Positions 31,134 through 40,830 of a stretch of DNA of 64,000 nucleotides are shown here, piece after piece. The DNA is taken from the sequence record OP870145.1, one strand, 5' to 3'. A program made the translations under genes and the position numbers. A model generated the notes under the pieces. That model ran no database searches, was not told where the DNA came from, and was given only the letters and a program-made list of their open reading frames with translations. Position 1 is the stretch's first letter, and the number at the start of each line of letters is the position of its first letter. This DNA comes from Escherichia phage vB_Eco_F26.

Positions 31134-31725
31134 CGTTATGTTCGATTGAGCTCGCTAATTCTCAACCCGTTCTCTTATGAACTGCTACATATTACTATGC
31201 AGACCAGACTATATCACAATCCCAGAGGGATTCTCCCCATTTCGAGTCGCTTGACCCTACGTCCGAAGACTAGTCGTTGAACCTTGCTTTGCAATTGTCG
31301 CCGTGCCATCGTTTATATGTTGATGGTGATAAATCTTTCTTATCACAATATGGACAATTCAATTGAATTCTATTTGGATTTAATTTACATCTGTCATTAT
31401 GTTTTAGATAAAATCCAGGACCTTTACCAATGTGACCACAGAAATCACATGTGATTTCTTTTTGTGCAGGATGGGTCCCGTTCTTAACCATTTCTAATGT
31501 TTTTGCTGATGTTCTTTTCTTATGGTCTTCCATCAGAATCTTTAGGTAGGTCCGTTAGCATCTATCCAAATTTTTCTATAGTTCAATTGTGCATCCTCTT
31601 AAAAGTATAATCATATTATACTAATTAAAGGTGCAAGCAAAACCTTGGCTGCTAGTTTTCCTATAAAGGACTTTCTAGCAATTAAAGGAGTTTTCGATAA
31701 ACGTTACCGTTTAAAGGCGCATTTT
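31134..31725 (-). mobile_element. group I self-splicing intron in nrdB (boundaries +/- a few nt)
   Basis: Exon 1 ends GCGU with U.G pair to intron GCGC (P1); intron ends in G; predicted junction restores conserved FYVSFA-C-TFNF. Confidence 0.65.
31270..31533 (-). pseudogene. truncated I-TevIII-like intron ORF remnant
   Basis: 87 aa with Cys-rich zinc-finger-like motifs but no HNH catalytic region. Confidence 0.55.
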
Positions 31726-32401
31726 ACGCAAAAGATACATAAAAACGAATAGCTTCTAAGGCATTAATAACGTGCAAACAGAGGTAAAGAGATTTCATTA
31801 AAGCACGTTTAGCTTCGGCTTCTTGTTTAATAGCTCGGTTTAAACGAAAGTCGGCATCAGGAGATTCTTTAGCTAGTTCTACAAATTCTTTAGCATTTTC
31901 CCATTCACGGGTTTTAGTCAGAACATCATCATAATAACGACCGATAGATTCAGCACGTTTCATAATAGCTTCATCTAATACAATCTCATCAAATACCTTT
32001 GACGGATCAGTATAAAGATTTCGCATGATATGAGTATATGACCGACTGTGAATAGTTTCACTAAAAGTCCATGTAGCAACCCATGTATCAAGGCTTGGGT
32101 CTGAAAGCAATGGCATAAGTACAGCAGACGGCGCACGACCTTGAATACTATCAAGTAATGATTGATACTTCAGATTATTAGTAAAAATATTTTGTTGATA
32201 CTGAGGAAGCTTATTAAACTGTGCAGCATCCATCATTAAGTTAACTTCTTCGGGACGCCAGAAAAACGAGAGCGAACGTTCAATAAGTTCTTCAAATACT
32301 CGATGTCGTTGAATATCATAACGCGCAATTCCAAGACCAGACCCAAAAAACATAGGTTCTTTTAAAACATCGACCTGTTTAGTATTAAAAACTGTACTCA
32401 T
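31726..32401 (-). CDS. nrdB: ribonucleotide reductase small subunit NrdB, exon 1
   Basis: Ferritin-like diiron residues; ends ...NALEAIRFYVSFA immediately before intron. Confidence 0.8.
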
Positions 32402-33993
32402 TATTTTGTCCTGTAAACTAAATTTCCACAGTCCCAGATTCTTCTAAGACCATTTGCATAACAATTTTCTACTTCAGTTATTGTATCATCATAATTTTTA
32501 AGCTTGTTTTTAAGCTTATGTTTCATATAGCTTGAGCGGTGAAATACCTCTCCTTTATCGACGTACCAATAACATGGCTCAGAGATATGACTAAATTCCA
32601 TGACAGAGTCATAAACATTTGATAATGTACTGCACCATCTTCGATTGCCATAAGATAGACAATTAATTCCTTTTAATAATTTTGAGGCTCCTCCTACAAC
32701 ACAAATCCCTAATTTTGAACACATCCTTAAAAGTTCATCACCTGAGCTATATCTAGATTTACCGATAGAAATAATTTGAACTAACTCATTATTGTAATAA
32801 AGTCCTTTATACGTATGAGCTCCTGAGCAAAATCCTTGAAGATGATTCTTATTAATAAATTCTTTTGCCTCATCCTTATTAACAAAACGCGCTTTGCATT
32901 TTCGGGCTGGTATTCTTTCTGATAATCCTAATTTATGCTTTATAATGGATTTCCAGATCTCTCTTTTTGTATCATCAATCCATTCATTTTCGAAGATGTG
33001 AAGTAATTGAATTCCTTGTGCTTCACACATCTCTGTCTTCATCAAATGATAAGTTTCTTTAATTTTATCTGTTTCCTTTGACCCGCTAGAATGCCAATAA
33101 ATTCCATCGTATTCTATAGCCAATTTTTTCTCAGGAATGTAAATATCTAATTCATACGGAGGAATAATTTTTCTAGTTTCTACGCAATCAAATCCTAGAT
33201 CTAAAATGAATTGCTCTATAGAACTTTGAGTATAATGAACGTCAATTAGTCCTTTGGATGAAAGAGCTCTATAAGCCGTCATCCGAGAACAATTTGCTAA
33301 TTGTTGTAGTTCTTCTATAGAAATTTTGTAATTGATTTTATCTAGTATATCATGATTAATATGACCGTTATTTTTAATAGATTTTCCTATAGATGAATAT
33401 AACGATGCCTTATATTCTTCAGTCCAATTTAATTTAGTCTTCTTAGATTTTTCGCGAGATTTTCGAGAATTCAGAATATCAACTGATTTACCGTTTTCTA
33501 TAACTTTTCTCGCTTCTTTCACACTTTCTAATTGTGAATTATGCGTTACCCCATATCGTTTAATTAAAGTTTTTCTATTTTTATTTCTTGAAATTTTTTG
33601 ATGAGTTGTTCCATATTTTTCTAAAGAATTTTTGCGTTGAAGTTCAGACAAATATTTTTTATATTTTTCTTTTCCGCCAAAATTTGTATCACGGCTTTGA
33701 ATTCTCTTATCCGCGAAAAATATCCCTGAGCAGGATTTACTACATGTTGCTGGAAATACACGTTTCTTTGCTGTTTTCAGAGAAATGAAATTTCCACAAA
33801 CTGCACATTTTAGATCGTTAATGTCAATGCCTTCCATAATTTGGAACACATTGAGCTTAAAATCTATTCCATCAGTTAGAAGAGCTTTATCTTCTTCTGT
33901 TAGTCTAGATTTAAGTTTTTCTTCTCCAAATGGAAGAAACTTTCCGTTTTTGTATATATTATCAAACATAGCGTTATTCTTAGTTAACCACAT
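32401..33993 (-). CDS. composite nuclease-like protein: Zn-ribbon-like, KYGxTH repeats, HTH, Vsr-like (PD-(D/E)xK) nuclease domain and C-terminal Cys-rich domain
   Basis: 530 aa; YELDIYIPEKKLAIEYDGIYWHS...QGIQLLHIFENEW matches DUF559/Vsr-like core; stop overlaps nrdB start (TAATG). Confidence 0.65.
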   Translation of the reverse strand: MWLTKNNAMFDNIYKNGKFLPFGEEKLKSRLTEEDKALLTDGIDFKLNVFQIMEGIDINDLKCAVCGNFISLKTAKKRVFPATCSKSCSGIFFADKRIQSRDTNFGGKEKYKKYLSELQRKNSLEKYGTTHQKISRNKNRKTLIKRYGVTHNSQLESVKEARKVIENGKSVDILNSRKSREKSKKTKLNWTEEYKASLYSSIGKSIKNNGHINHDILDKINYKISIEELQQLANCSRMTAYRALSSKGLIDVHYTQSSIEQFILDLGFDCVETRKIIPPYELDIYIPEKKLAIEYDGIYWHSSGSKETDKIKETYHLMKTEMCEAQGIQLLHIFENEWIDDTKREIWKSIIKHKLGLSERIPARKCKARFVNKDEAKEFINKNHLQGFCSGAHTYKGLYYNNELVQIISIGKSRYSSGDELLRMCSKLGICVVGGASKLLKGINCLSYGNRRWCSTLSNVYDSVMEFSHISEPCYWYVDKGEVFHRSSYMKHKLKNKLKNYDDTITEVENCYANGLRRIWDCGNLVYRTK

Positions 33994-34009
33994 CCTTGTG
34001 GTAATTATA

Positions 34010-34999
34010 TCATAATTTACAGGATGAACAATCTTCAGCTTTTGGAGTTTCTATTTCATAATCATCAGTGCCAGAACCATCGCGGGTATTATGATAATAG
34101 AAATTTTTTCCGCCAAAATACCAAAAATACAAAAGGTCATCAATCATTATTGACATTGGAACCTTTCCTTTTGGAAAAATCTGCGGGTCATAGTATGTAT
34201 TCGCTGAAGCTGATTGACATACCCATTTCAGCATAATAGCTACCTGCGTAAGATAAGGTTTATTACCTTTCTTAGCTAATTTCCATGTATAATCATAGAG
34301 GTCTATGTTATGCTCAATATTGGGCACGACTTGATTAAAGGAGCCCTCTTTTGATTCTTTAACAGAGACTGGTCCACGTGGAGGCTCGATACCGTTTGTA
34401 CTGTTAGAAACTTGGGAAGATGACTCACATGGCATAAGTGCTGATAATGTGCTATTACGGATGCCAAAGAGCTTAAGGTCTTCCCGCAGCGCCGACCAGT
34501 CACAAACGTATTTTGGAGCTGCGATTTGGTCAATCTTTTTATTGTACCAGTCGATAGGTAATTCGCCTCGAGACCAACGAGTGTCTGAATAATATTCGCA
34601 AGGTCCTTTTTCTTTGGCGAGCTTAATGGATGCTTTAATGAGTCCATACTGTAATCTCTCAAATAGTTCATGTGTTAAATCGTTAGCATCTTCATAAGAA
34701 GCAAAGTTGCTTGCCAGCCAAGCTGCATAGTTAGTAACACCTACACCGAGGTTACGACGCTTTTTAGCTTTTTCTGCTTCAGGAACTGGATATCCTTGAT
34801 AATCCAAAAGATTATCAAGAGCGCGAACTTGAACTTCTGCCAATTCATTAATTTTATCTTGGTCTTGCCAATCGAAGTTATCCAGTACGAAGGCAGAGAG
34901 AGTACAAAGCCCCACTTCTCCCTTGTTTTCAATAACTTTTATTGTAGTATACTCATCATCTTCGTAAAATTCATCTACAAATTCATAATCAATATTCAT
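34010..34999 (-). CDS. nrdA: ribonucleotide reductase large subunit, C-terminal fragment (NrdA-b)
   Basis: 329 aa; acidic 23-aa head then ENKGEVGLCTLSAF... NSTLSALMPCESSSQ ... YYHNTRDG. Confidence 0.85.
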   Translation of the reverse strand: MNIDYEFVDEFYEDDEYTTIKVIENKGEVGLCTLSAFVLDNFDWQDQDKINELAEVQVRALDNLLDYQGYPVPEAEKAKKRRNLGVGVTNYAAWLASNFASYEDANDLTHELFERLQYGLIKASIKLAKEKGPCEYYSDTRWSRGELPIDWYNKKIDQIAAPKYVCDWSALREDLKLFGIRNSTLSALMPCESSSQVSNSTNGIEPPRGPVSVKESKEGSFNQVVPNIEHNIDLYDYTWKLAKKGNKPYLTQVAIMLKWVCQSASANTYYDPQIFPKGKVPMSIMIDDLLYFWYFGGKNFYYHNTRDGSGTDDYEIETPKAEDCSSCKL

Positions 35000-35831
35000 T
35001 TAATTCTTCTACCTTTTTTCTAGTAATTCCTAAAGCTTTAGATGCTCGATGTATTGATTGATATTCTATACCGTTTATTTTTACAGCAATTAAGTTATGG
35101 GGTTTTAATCCCTTTGGATGAGGTTTACTGACGAAAACTAAATTATCAAGCTCTGAAATCTTATCCAATTTCTTACACTTAAATCCTTTGTGATGCGCCC
35201 GTTTACCTTTACAAACGGCTGACATTGCAGATGAATTTAAATTATGCTCTTTACAAAATTCGTTAAGACCTCGATGAATTTCCTCATGACCATCCGGAAA
35301 TGTAAACACCCAAGATGTTTGAAGTCGAGATTTAACTTCTGGAGACATAGGAATACCTTTGTTCCAAGCTGGTTTGCCTTTATTATTTTCAGATACAGAA
35401 ATAGCCAATTTTCTTCTAAGCCACCCATGGCGTTTATTGGTGTTCTTTCGTTCAATATTATCTTCAGAATAAACACACATCATATTAGCGGCAAATATCA
35501 ATTTATGATTATCTGGATATATCTTTACTAATAATTGATGAGCTATGTAATGCTCTTCTGGCGTCAAATCTACCAGGTTTTCCTTTGTATCAGAACCACC
35601 AATACACAGAGGTATAATATGGTGTGATTCGGTATAGCAATCTAATTTTCTGTTCTTAGCTTTAGAAATAAGGTTATTGTAAATTTTAGAATAATCCATA
35701 ACTTTTCCTCTTGTTATGGATTATTTATTAACGGTCTGTGTACTTTATTTGCTTTGAATTATACCGCCAGGATTAGCTTCATAAAACTTAGCTACATCCG
35801 ACTTCTTAATTTTGATTAAACGGGTTTGTTG
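34930..35831 (-). mobile_element. about 0.9 kb insertion splitting nrdA (HNH gene plus new stop/start tails)
   Basis: NrdA homology ends at ...IPTNDVNS (N-part) and resumes at ENKGEVGLC (C-part); intervening DNA holds HEG. Confidence 0.55.
34989..35699 (-). CDS. Mob-type HNH homing endonuclease inserted within nrdA
   Basis: 236 aa; HHIIPLCIGGSDTKENLVDLTPEEHYIAH; paralog of ORF 6842..7534; stop overlaps NrdA-b start by 11 nt. Confidence 0.8.
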   Translation of the reverse strand: MDYSKIYNNLISKAKNRKLDCYTESHHIIPLCIGGSDTKENLVDLTPEEHYIAHQLLVKIYPDNHKLIFAANMMCVYSEDNIERKNTNKRHGWLRRKLAISVSENNKGKPAWNKGIPMSPEVKSRLQTSWVFTFPDGHEEIHRGLNEFCKEHNLNSSAMSAVCKGKRAHHKGFKCKKLDKISELDNLVFVSKPHPKGLKPHNLIAVKINGIEYQSIHRASKALGITRKKVEELNEY

Positions 35832-37178
35832 GCTATTCACATCATTTGTTGGAATAGCAATTTCACAGCACAAGTTACTCTGACGAATAGGTGCCTTTTC
35901 ACGAATAAACGGAGTATAGTTATTCGTATTATCAATGAACTGCACATAAATCCTTGCTGTTCCTGATCGTTCAGTCATGAGCAATTCAAACAGTTCACGG
36001 GCTTTAATACGCTTTTTACGAATATTAGGGTCTTTTTCTGCGGCTTCGTATAATTCACGGAAACGGTCTTGGTCTTTAAAATAAGAATAATAAAGTTCGC
36101 CACCCATTTCATGCGGACTGAACAAAGTAATGTAATCGTTCTTTCCGAATCGTTCCATCATCAAATCATTCAGCTGAACACCATAATCCATGTGACGAAT
36201 GCGGTTTTCTTCTACGCCTTTGTTATTTTTCAAAACGAGAAGATTTTCAACTTCCAAATGCCAAATAGGATAATAAGCAGTAGCAGCGCCGCCACGAATT
36301 CCACCCTGTGAACATGATTTAACAGCAGTCTGAAAATGTTTCCAAAAAGGAATAACACCAGTATGGCGTACTTCACCCATGCCAATCTTAGAACCTTCGG
36401 CACGAATCATACCAACGTTAATACCAATTCCAGCGCGTTTAGAGATATATTCAACAATTGAAGCGGAAGCCTTATTGATAGACTTTAATGAATCACCTGC
36501 CTCAATAACAACACATGAACTAAACTGTCGAGTCGGAGTACGACAACCAGCCATAATAGGAGTTGGCAATGAAATCTGTCGAGTAGATACTGCTTCATAA
36601 AAACGAATAACATGTTTTAGTCTATCAACAGGTTCATCTTGATGCAATGCCATTCCAATAGTCATAAATGCAAACTGTGGGGTTTCATAAATTTGACCGG
36701 TGGTTTTATCTTTAACTAGATATTTTTCTTTTAATTGCATCGCCCCGGAATAAGTAAATTCCATATCCCGTTCGTGCTTAATTTTTGATTCTAAAAATGT
36801 AATTTCTTCTGCTGAATATTTTGACAATAATTCAGGGTCATATTTACCTTCATTTACACAGTAAGAAATATGGTCAATAAATGAACGCGGTTCATACTGC
36901 CCATAAACATGCTTACGAAGAGCGAACATTAAACAGCGTGCAGCTACATATTGATAATCAGGTTCTTCAACCGAAATAGAATTCGCAGCAGCCTTAATGA
37001 CAATAGTCTGAATATCATCAGTTGTCATTCCATCACGGAGATAAGATTTAATATTTTCATATAATTCATAAGGATCTACTGATGTTCCCTCAGCTGCCCA
37101 AGATAAAACTTTAATAATTTTTTGTGGGTCAAAGCTCTGAGAAACACCACTACTTTTGATAACATTAATTAATTGCAT
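35745..37178 (-). CDS. nrdA: ribonucleotide reductase large subunit, N-terminal fragment (NrdA-a)
   Basis: 477 aa; ATP-cone, CRTPTRQFSSC, ...RQSNLCCEIAIPTNDVNS then basic 28-aa tail. Confidence 0.85.
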   Translation of the reverse strand: MQLINVIKSSGVSQSFDPQKIIKVLSWAAEGTSVDPYELYENIKSYLRDGMTTDDIQTIVIKAAANSISVEEPDYQYVAARCLMFALRKHVYGQYEPRSFIDHISYCVNEGKYDPELLSKYSAEEITFLESKIKHERDMEFTYSGAMQLKEKYLVKDKTTGQIYETPQFAFMTIGMALHQDEPVDRLKHVIRFYEAVSTRQISLPTPIMAGCRTPTRQFSSCVVIEAGDSLKSINKASASIVEYISKRAGIGINVGMIRAEGSKIGMGEVRHTGVIPFWKHFQTAVKSCSQGGIRGGAATAYYPIWHLEVENLLVLKNNKGVEENRIRHMDYGVQLNDLMMERFGKNDYITLFSPHEMGGELYYSYFKDQDRFRELYEAAEKDPNIRKKRIKARELFELLMTERSGTARIYVQFIDNTNNYTPFIREKAPIRQSNLCCEIAIPTNDVNSQQTRLIKIKKSDVAKFYEANPGGIIQSK

Positions 37179-37495
37179 AAGTCCTCAACTTGAAAATCGT
37201 CTTTAAACAATCGGTTAACTATATGAGCTATTATATCACCATGACACGGCTTTGGTTTACATGTGCATCCTAGCCTCATTCCACGTAAAGGCTCTAAATG
37301 TGCTTTAGTTATTTCTCCAGATTTAATTCGACGTATAAAATCTTTTTTGAATAATTCAATGGCAGCCTCCCGGCTGCCAGCATCTTTACCGACGTAATTT
37401 CCCCAAAATGTACCGCGGTGAATATTAACATCAAAGTCGGATTTATATTTATTCACTACCCGGCATAGACGGCCCACGCTGGAATAATTCTTCAT
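37169..37495 (-). CDS. DUF4326-like small protein
   Basis: 108 aa; motif [15 protein letters not shown]. Confidence 0.45.
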   Translation of the reverse strand: MKNYSSVGRLCRVVNKYKSDFDVNIHRGTFWGNYVGKDAGSREAAIELFKKDFIRRIKSGEITKAHLEPLRGMRLGCTCKPKPCHGDIIAHIVNRLFKDDFQVEDLCN

Positions 37496-37712
37496 ATTGT
37501 TTTTCCGTTAAAACAGTAATATCGTAGTAACAGTCAGAAGAAGTTTTAACTGTGGAAATTTTATTATCAAAATACTCACGAGTCATTTTATGAGTATAGT
37601 ATTTTTTACCATAAATGGTAATAGGCTGTTCTGGTCCTGGAACTTCTAACTCACTTGGGTTAGGAAGTGTAAAAAGAACAACGCCAGAAGTATCTTTAAA
37701 TCGTAAAATCAT
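37449..37712 (-). CDS. hypothetical protein
   Basis: 87 aa ORF. Confidence 0.4.
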   Translation of the reverse strand: MILRFKDTSGVVLFTLPNPSELEVPGPEQPITIYGKKYYTHKMTREYFDNKISTVKTSSDCYYDITVLTEKQYEELFQRGPSMPGSE

Positions 37713-38020
37713 ATTGCCATTTTCCCTTTAATTGCTGGATGCGATTCATAATTTTCAAGGATAAAATCTTTCGGTTTCATGTATTCAGTTAACCAGTAAA
37801 GCTGTGTTTCGGTGTCACAATTTCCAAACTCTATAGGCCAATCAATTTTAAGTTCACACAGTTCTTTAGGCTCACGACGTAAAATTTCTTTACATTGCTC
37901 AGTATGATTCATATAGATGTGAGTATTACCACCAGAAAATATCAAATCTCCTGGGATAAGATTACACATCTTAGCTACAATATGAACTAGTGCAGCATAT
38001 GATGCAATATTAAACGGTAG
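37709..38020 (-). CDS. td: thymidylate synthase, exon 2
   Basis: Begins [14 protein letters not shown]...; joins exon 1 to give conserved [14 protein letters not shown]. Confidence 0.85.
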   Translation of the reverse strand, partial: LPFNIASYAALVHIVAKMCNLIPGDLIFSGGNTHIYMNHTEQCKEILRREPKELCELKIDWPIEFGNCDTETQLYWLTEYMKPKDFILENYESHPAIKGKMAI

Positions 38021-39036
38021 CATTATGTTCAGATAAGGTCGTTAATCTTACCCCGGAATTATATCCAGCTACATGTCACCATGCAGAGCAGACTATATCT
38101 CCAACTTGTTAAAGCAAGTTGTCTATCGTTTCGAGTCACTTGACCCTACTCCCCAAAGGGATAGTCGTTAGGCATTTATGTAGAACCAATTCCATTTATC
38201 AGATTTTACACGATAAGTAACTAATCCAGACGAAATTTTAAAATGTCTAGCTGCATCTGCTGCACAATCAAAAATAACCCCATCACATGAAATCTTTTTA
38301 ATATTACTAGGCTTTTTACCTTTCATCTTTTCTGATATTTTAGATTTAGTTATGTCTGAATGCTTATGATTAAAGAATGAATTATTTTCACCTGAACGAT
38401 TTCTGCATTTACTGCAAGTATAAGCAGAAGTTTGTATGCGAACACCGCACTTACAAAACTTATGGGTTTCTGGATTCCAACGCCCGTTTTTACTTCCGGG
38501 TTTACTGTAAAGAGCTTTCCGACCATCAGGTCCAAGTTTAAGCATCTTAGCTTTAACAGTTTCAGAACGTTTCTTAATAATTTCTTCTTTTAATGGATGC
38601 GTAGAACATGTATCACCAAACGTTGCATCAGCAATATTGTATCCATTAATTTTAGAATTAAGCTCTTTAATCCAAAAATTTTCTCGTTCAATAATCAAAT
38701 CTTTCTCATATGGAATTTCTTCCAAAATAGAACATTCAAACACATTACCATGTTTGTTAAAAGACCTCTGAAGTTTTATAGAAGAATGGCATCCTTTTTC
38801 TAAATCTTTAAAATGCCTCTTCCATCTCTTTTCAAAATCTTTAGCACTTCCTACATATACTTTATTGTTTAAAGTATTTTTAATCTGATAAATTCCGCTT
38901 TTCATAAATACCTCTTTAAATATAGAAGTATTTATTAAAGGGCAGTCCTACAATTTAGCACGGGATTGTCTACTAGAGAGGTTCCCCGTTTAGATAGATT
39001 ACAAGTATAAGTCACCTTATACTCAGGCCTCAATTA
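38021..39036 (-). mobile_element. td group I self-splicing intron (1016 nt)
   Basis: 5' end UAAUUGAGGCCUGAGUAUAAGGUGACUUAUACUUG... after exon CUUGGGU; 3' end ...AACAUAAUG; contains I-TevI ORF. Confidence 0.85.
38168..38905 (-). CDS. I-TevI GIY-YIG homing endonuclease
   Basis: 245 aa; MKSGIYQIKN...KVYVGSAKDFEKRWKRH GIY-YIG motif; C-terminal zinc finger and HTH. Confidence 0.9.
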   Translation of the reverse strand: MKSGIYQIKNTLNNKVYVGSAKDFEKRWKRHFKDLEKGCHSSIKLQRSFNKHGNVFECSILEEIPYEKDLIIERENFWIKELNSKINGYNIADATFGDTCSTHPLKEEIIKKRSETVKAKMLKLGPDGRKALYSKPGSKNGRWNPETHKFCKCGVRIQTSAYTCSKCRNRSGENNSFFNHKHSDITKSKISEKMKGKKPSNIKKISCDGVIFDCAADAARHFKISSGLVTYRVKSDKWNWFYINA

Positions 39037-39585
39037 ACCCAAGAAAACATCTACTGATCGTTGATACCACTGAAGGTCAAGGTATCCATTACGAACATTA
39101 AATTGATAAAACATATGACAAGGCGGTAATGCCATCTGCTTGAGTTCAGCTGGATTCCATGCTGAAACGATTTGACGTCGATCAGTTGGTAATTTTTTAA
39201 TACGATCAATAGTTTCAACTAATTGATCCACACCACCGAAATCACGCCATTGTTTACCGTATATAGGACCAAGTTCACCACTATGGTATCCTAAATCTTT
39301 TGCTTGATTTTCGTAATTTTCATCCCAGACTGTTTTGCCTTGGATTAACGAATCATGCTGAATTAATCGTAAATCATTGACATTTGTGCTTCCTGATAAA
39401 AACCATATTAACTCAGAAATGCAAGCTTTCCAGGCGAGCTTTTTAGTTGTTACTGCAGGAAAACCTTTGGTTAAATCCCAACGCAATTTAGTACCGAACA
39501 AAGCAATTGTTCCTGTGCCTGTTCGGTCATCAGTTTCATAGCCATTTTCAAAAATGTCTTTAATTAAATCTTGGTATTGTTTCAT
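39037..39585 (-). CDS. td: thymidylate synthase, exon 1
   Basis: 183 codons ending ...QWYQRSVDVFLG; stop codon lies in intron. Confidence 0.85.
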
Positions 39586-39626
39586 TTAGTACCTTATATA
39601 AATTATAATACATTTTATGAAGCTAA

Positions 39627-39974
39627 TTAATATGGTTTAGCATCAAATTTTCTCTCAATTTCAGGCGTGAAATATAATTCTTTACCGCGTTTGGAAAAAC
39701 GACCAATAATATGATAATTATTCTCATCAAACGTGATATTACCAATATCCATAGCTTTCAACCAAATATCGATATTTCTATCCAGCTTTATGTCAAAATT
39801 CCAATACGGAGAACTATTACCGAAAATACTGCAAGCGGATTCAGTGAAACAACTGCTATAAATCTTATCTTTGGGAACTACTAATTGATAGACGCCTTTA
39901 ATAAACTGAGGACCCTGCCATTTTGGTTGTTTCGCGTCTTTTTCTAATAGAATAGGGTAATAATTAAAATTCAT
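39627..39974 (-). CDS. hypothetical protein between frd and td
   Basis: 115 aa ORF. Confidence 0.45.
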   Translation of the reverse strand: MNFNYYPILLEKDAKQPKWQGPQFIKGVYQLVVPKDKIYSSCFTESACSIFGNSSPYWNFDIKLDRNIDIWLKAMDIGNITFDENNYHIIGRFSKRGKELYFTPEIERKFDAKPY

Positions 39975-39993
39975 ATTTCCGCCACGCGTTATT

Positions 39994-40820
<827 letters not shown>

Positions 40821-40830
40821 ATTATTTTCC

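Noticed and set aside
34930-35831. Group I/II intron or intein as the explanation for the nrdA interruption
   Set aside because: Only about 190 nt flank the HNH ORF, too little for an intron core, and both NrdA fragments have their own stop/start codons and SD-like sequences. No intein block motifs (C/S...HN) are present. Kept as an alternative to be tested, not as the primary call.
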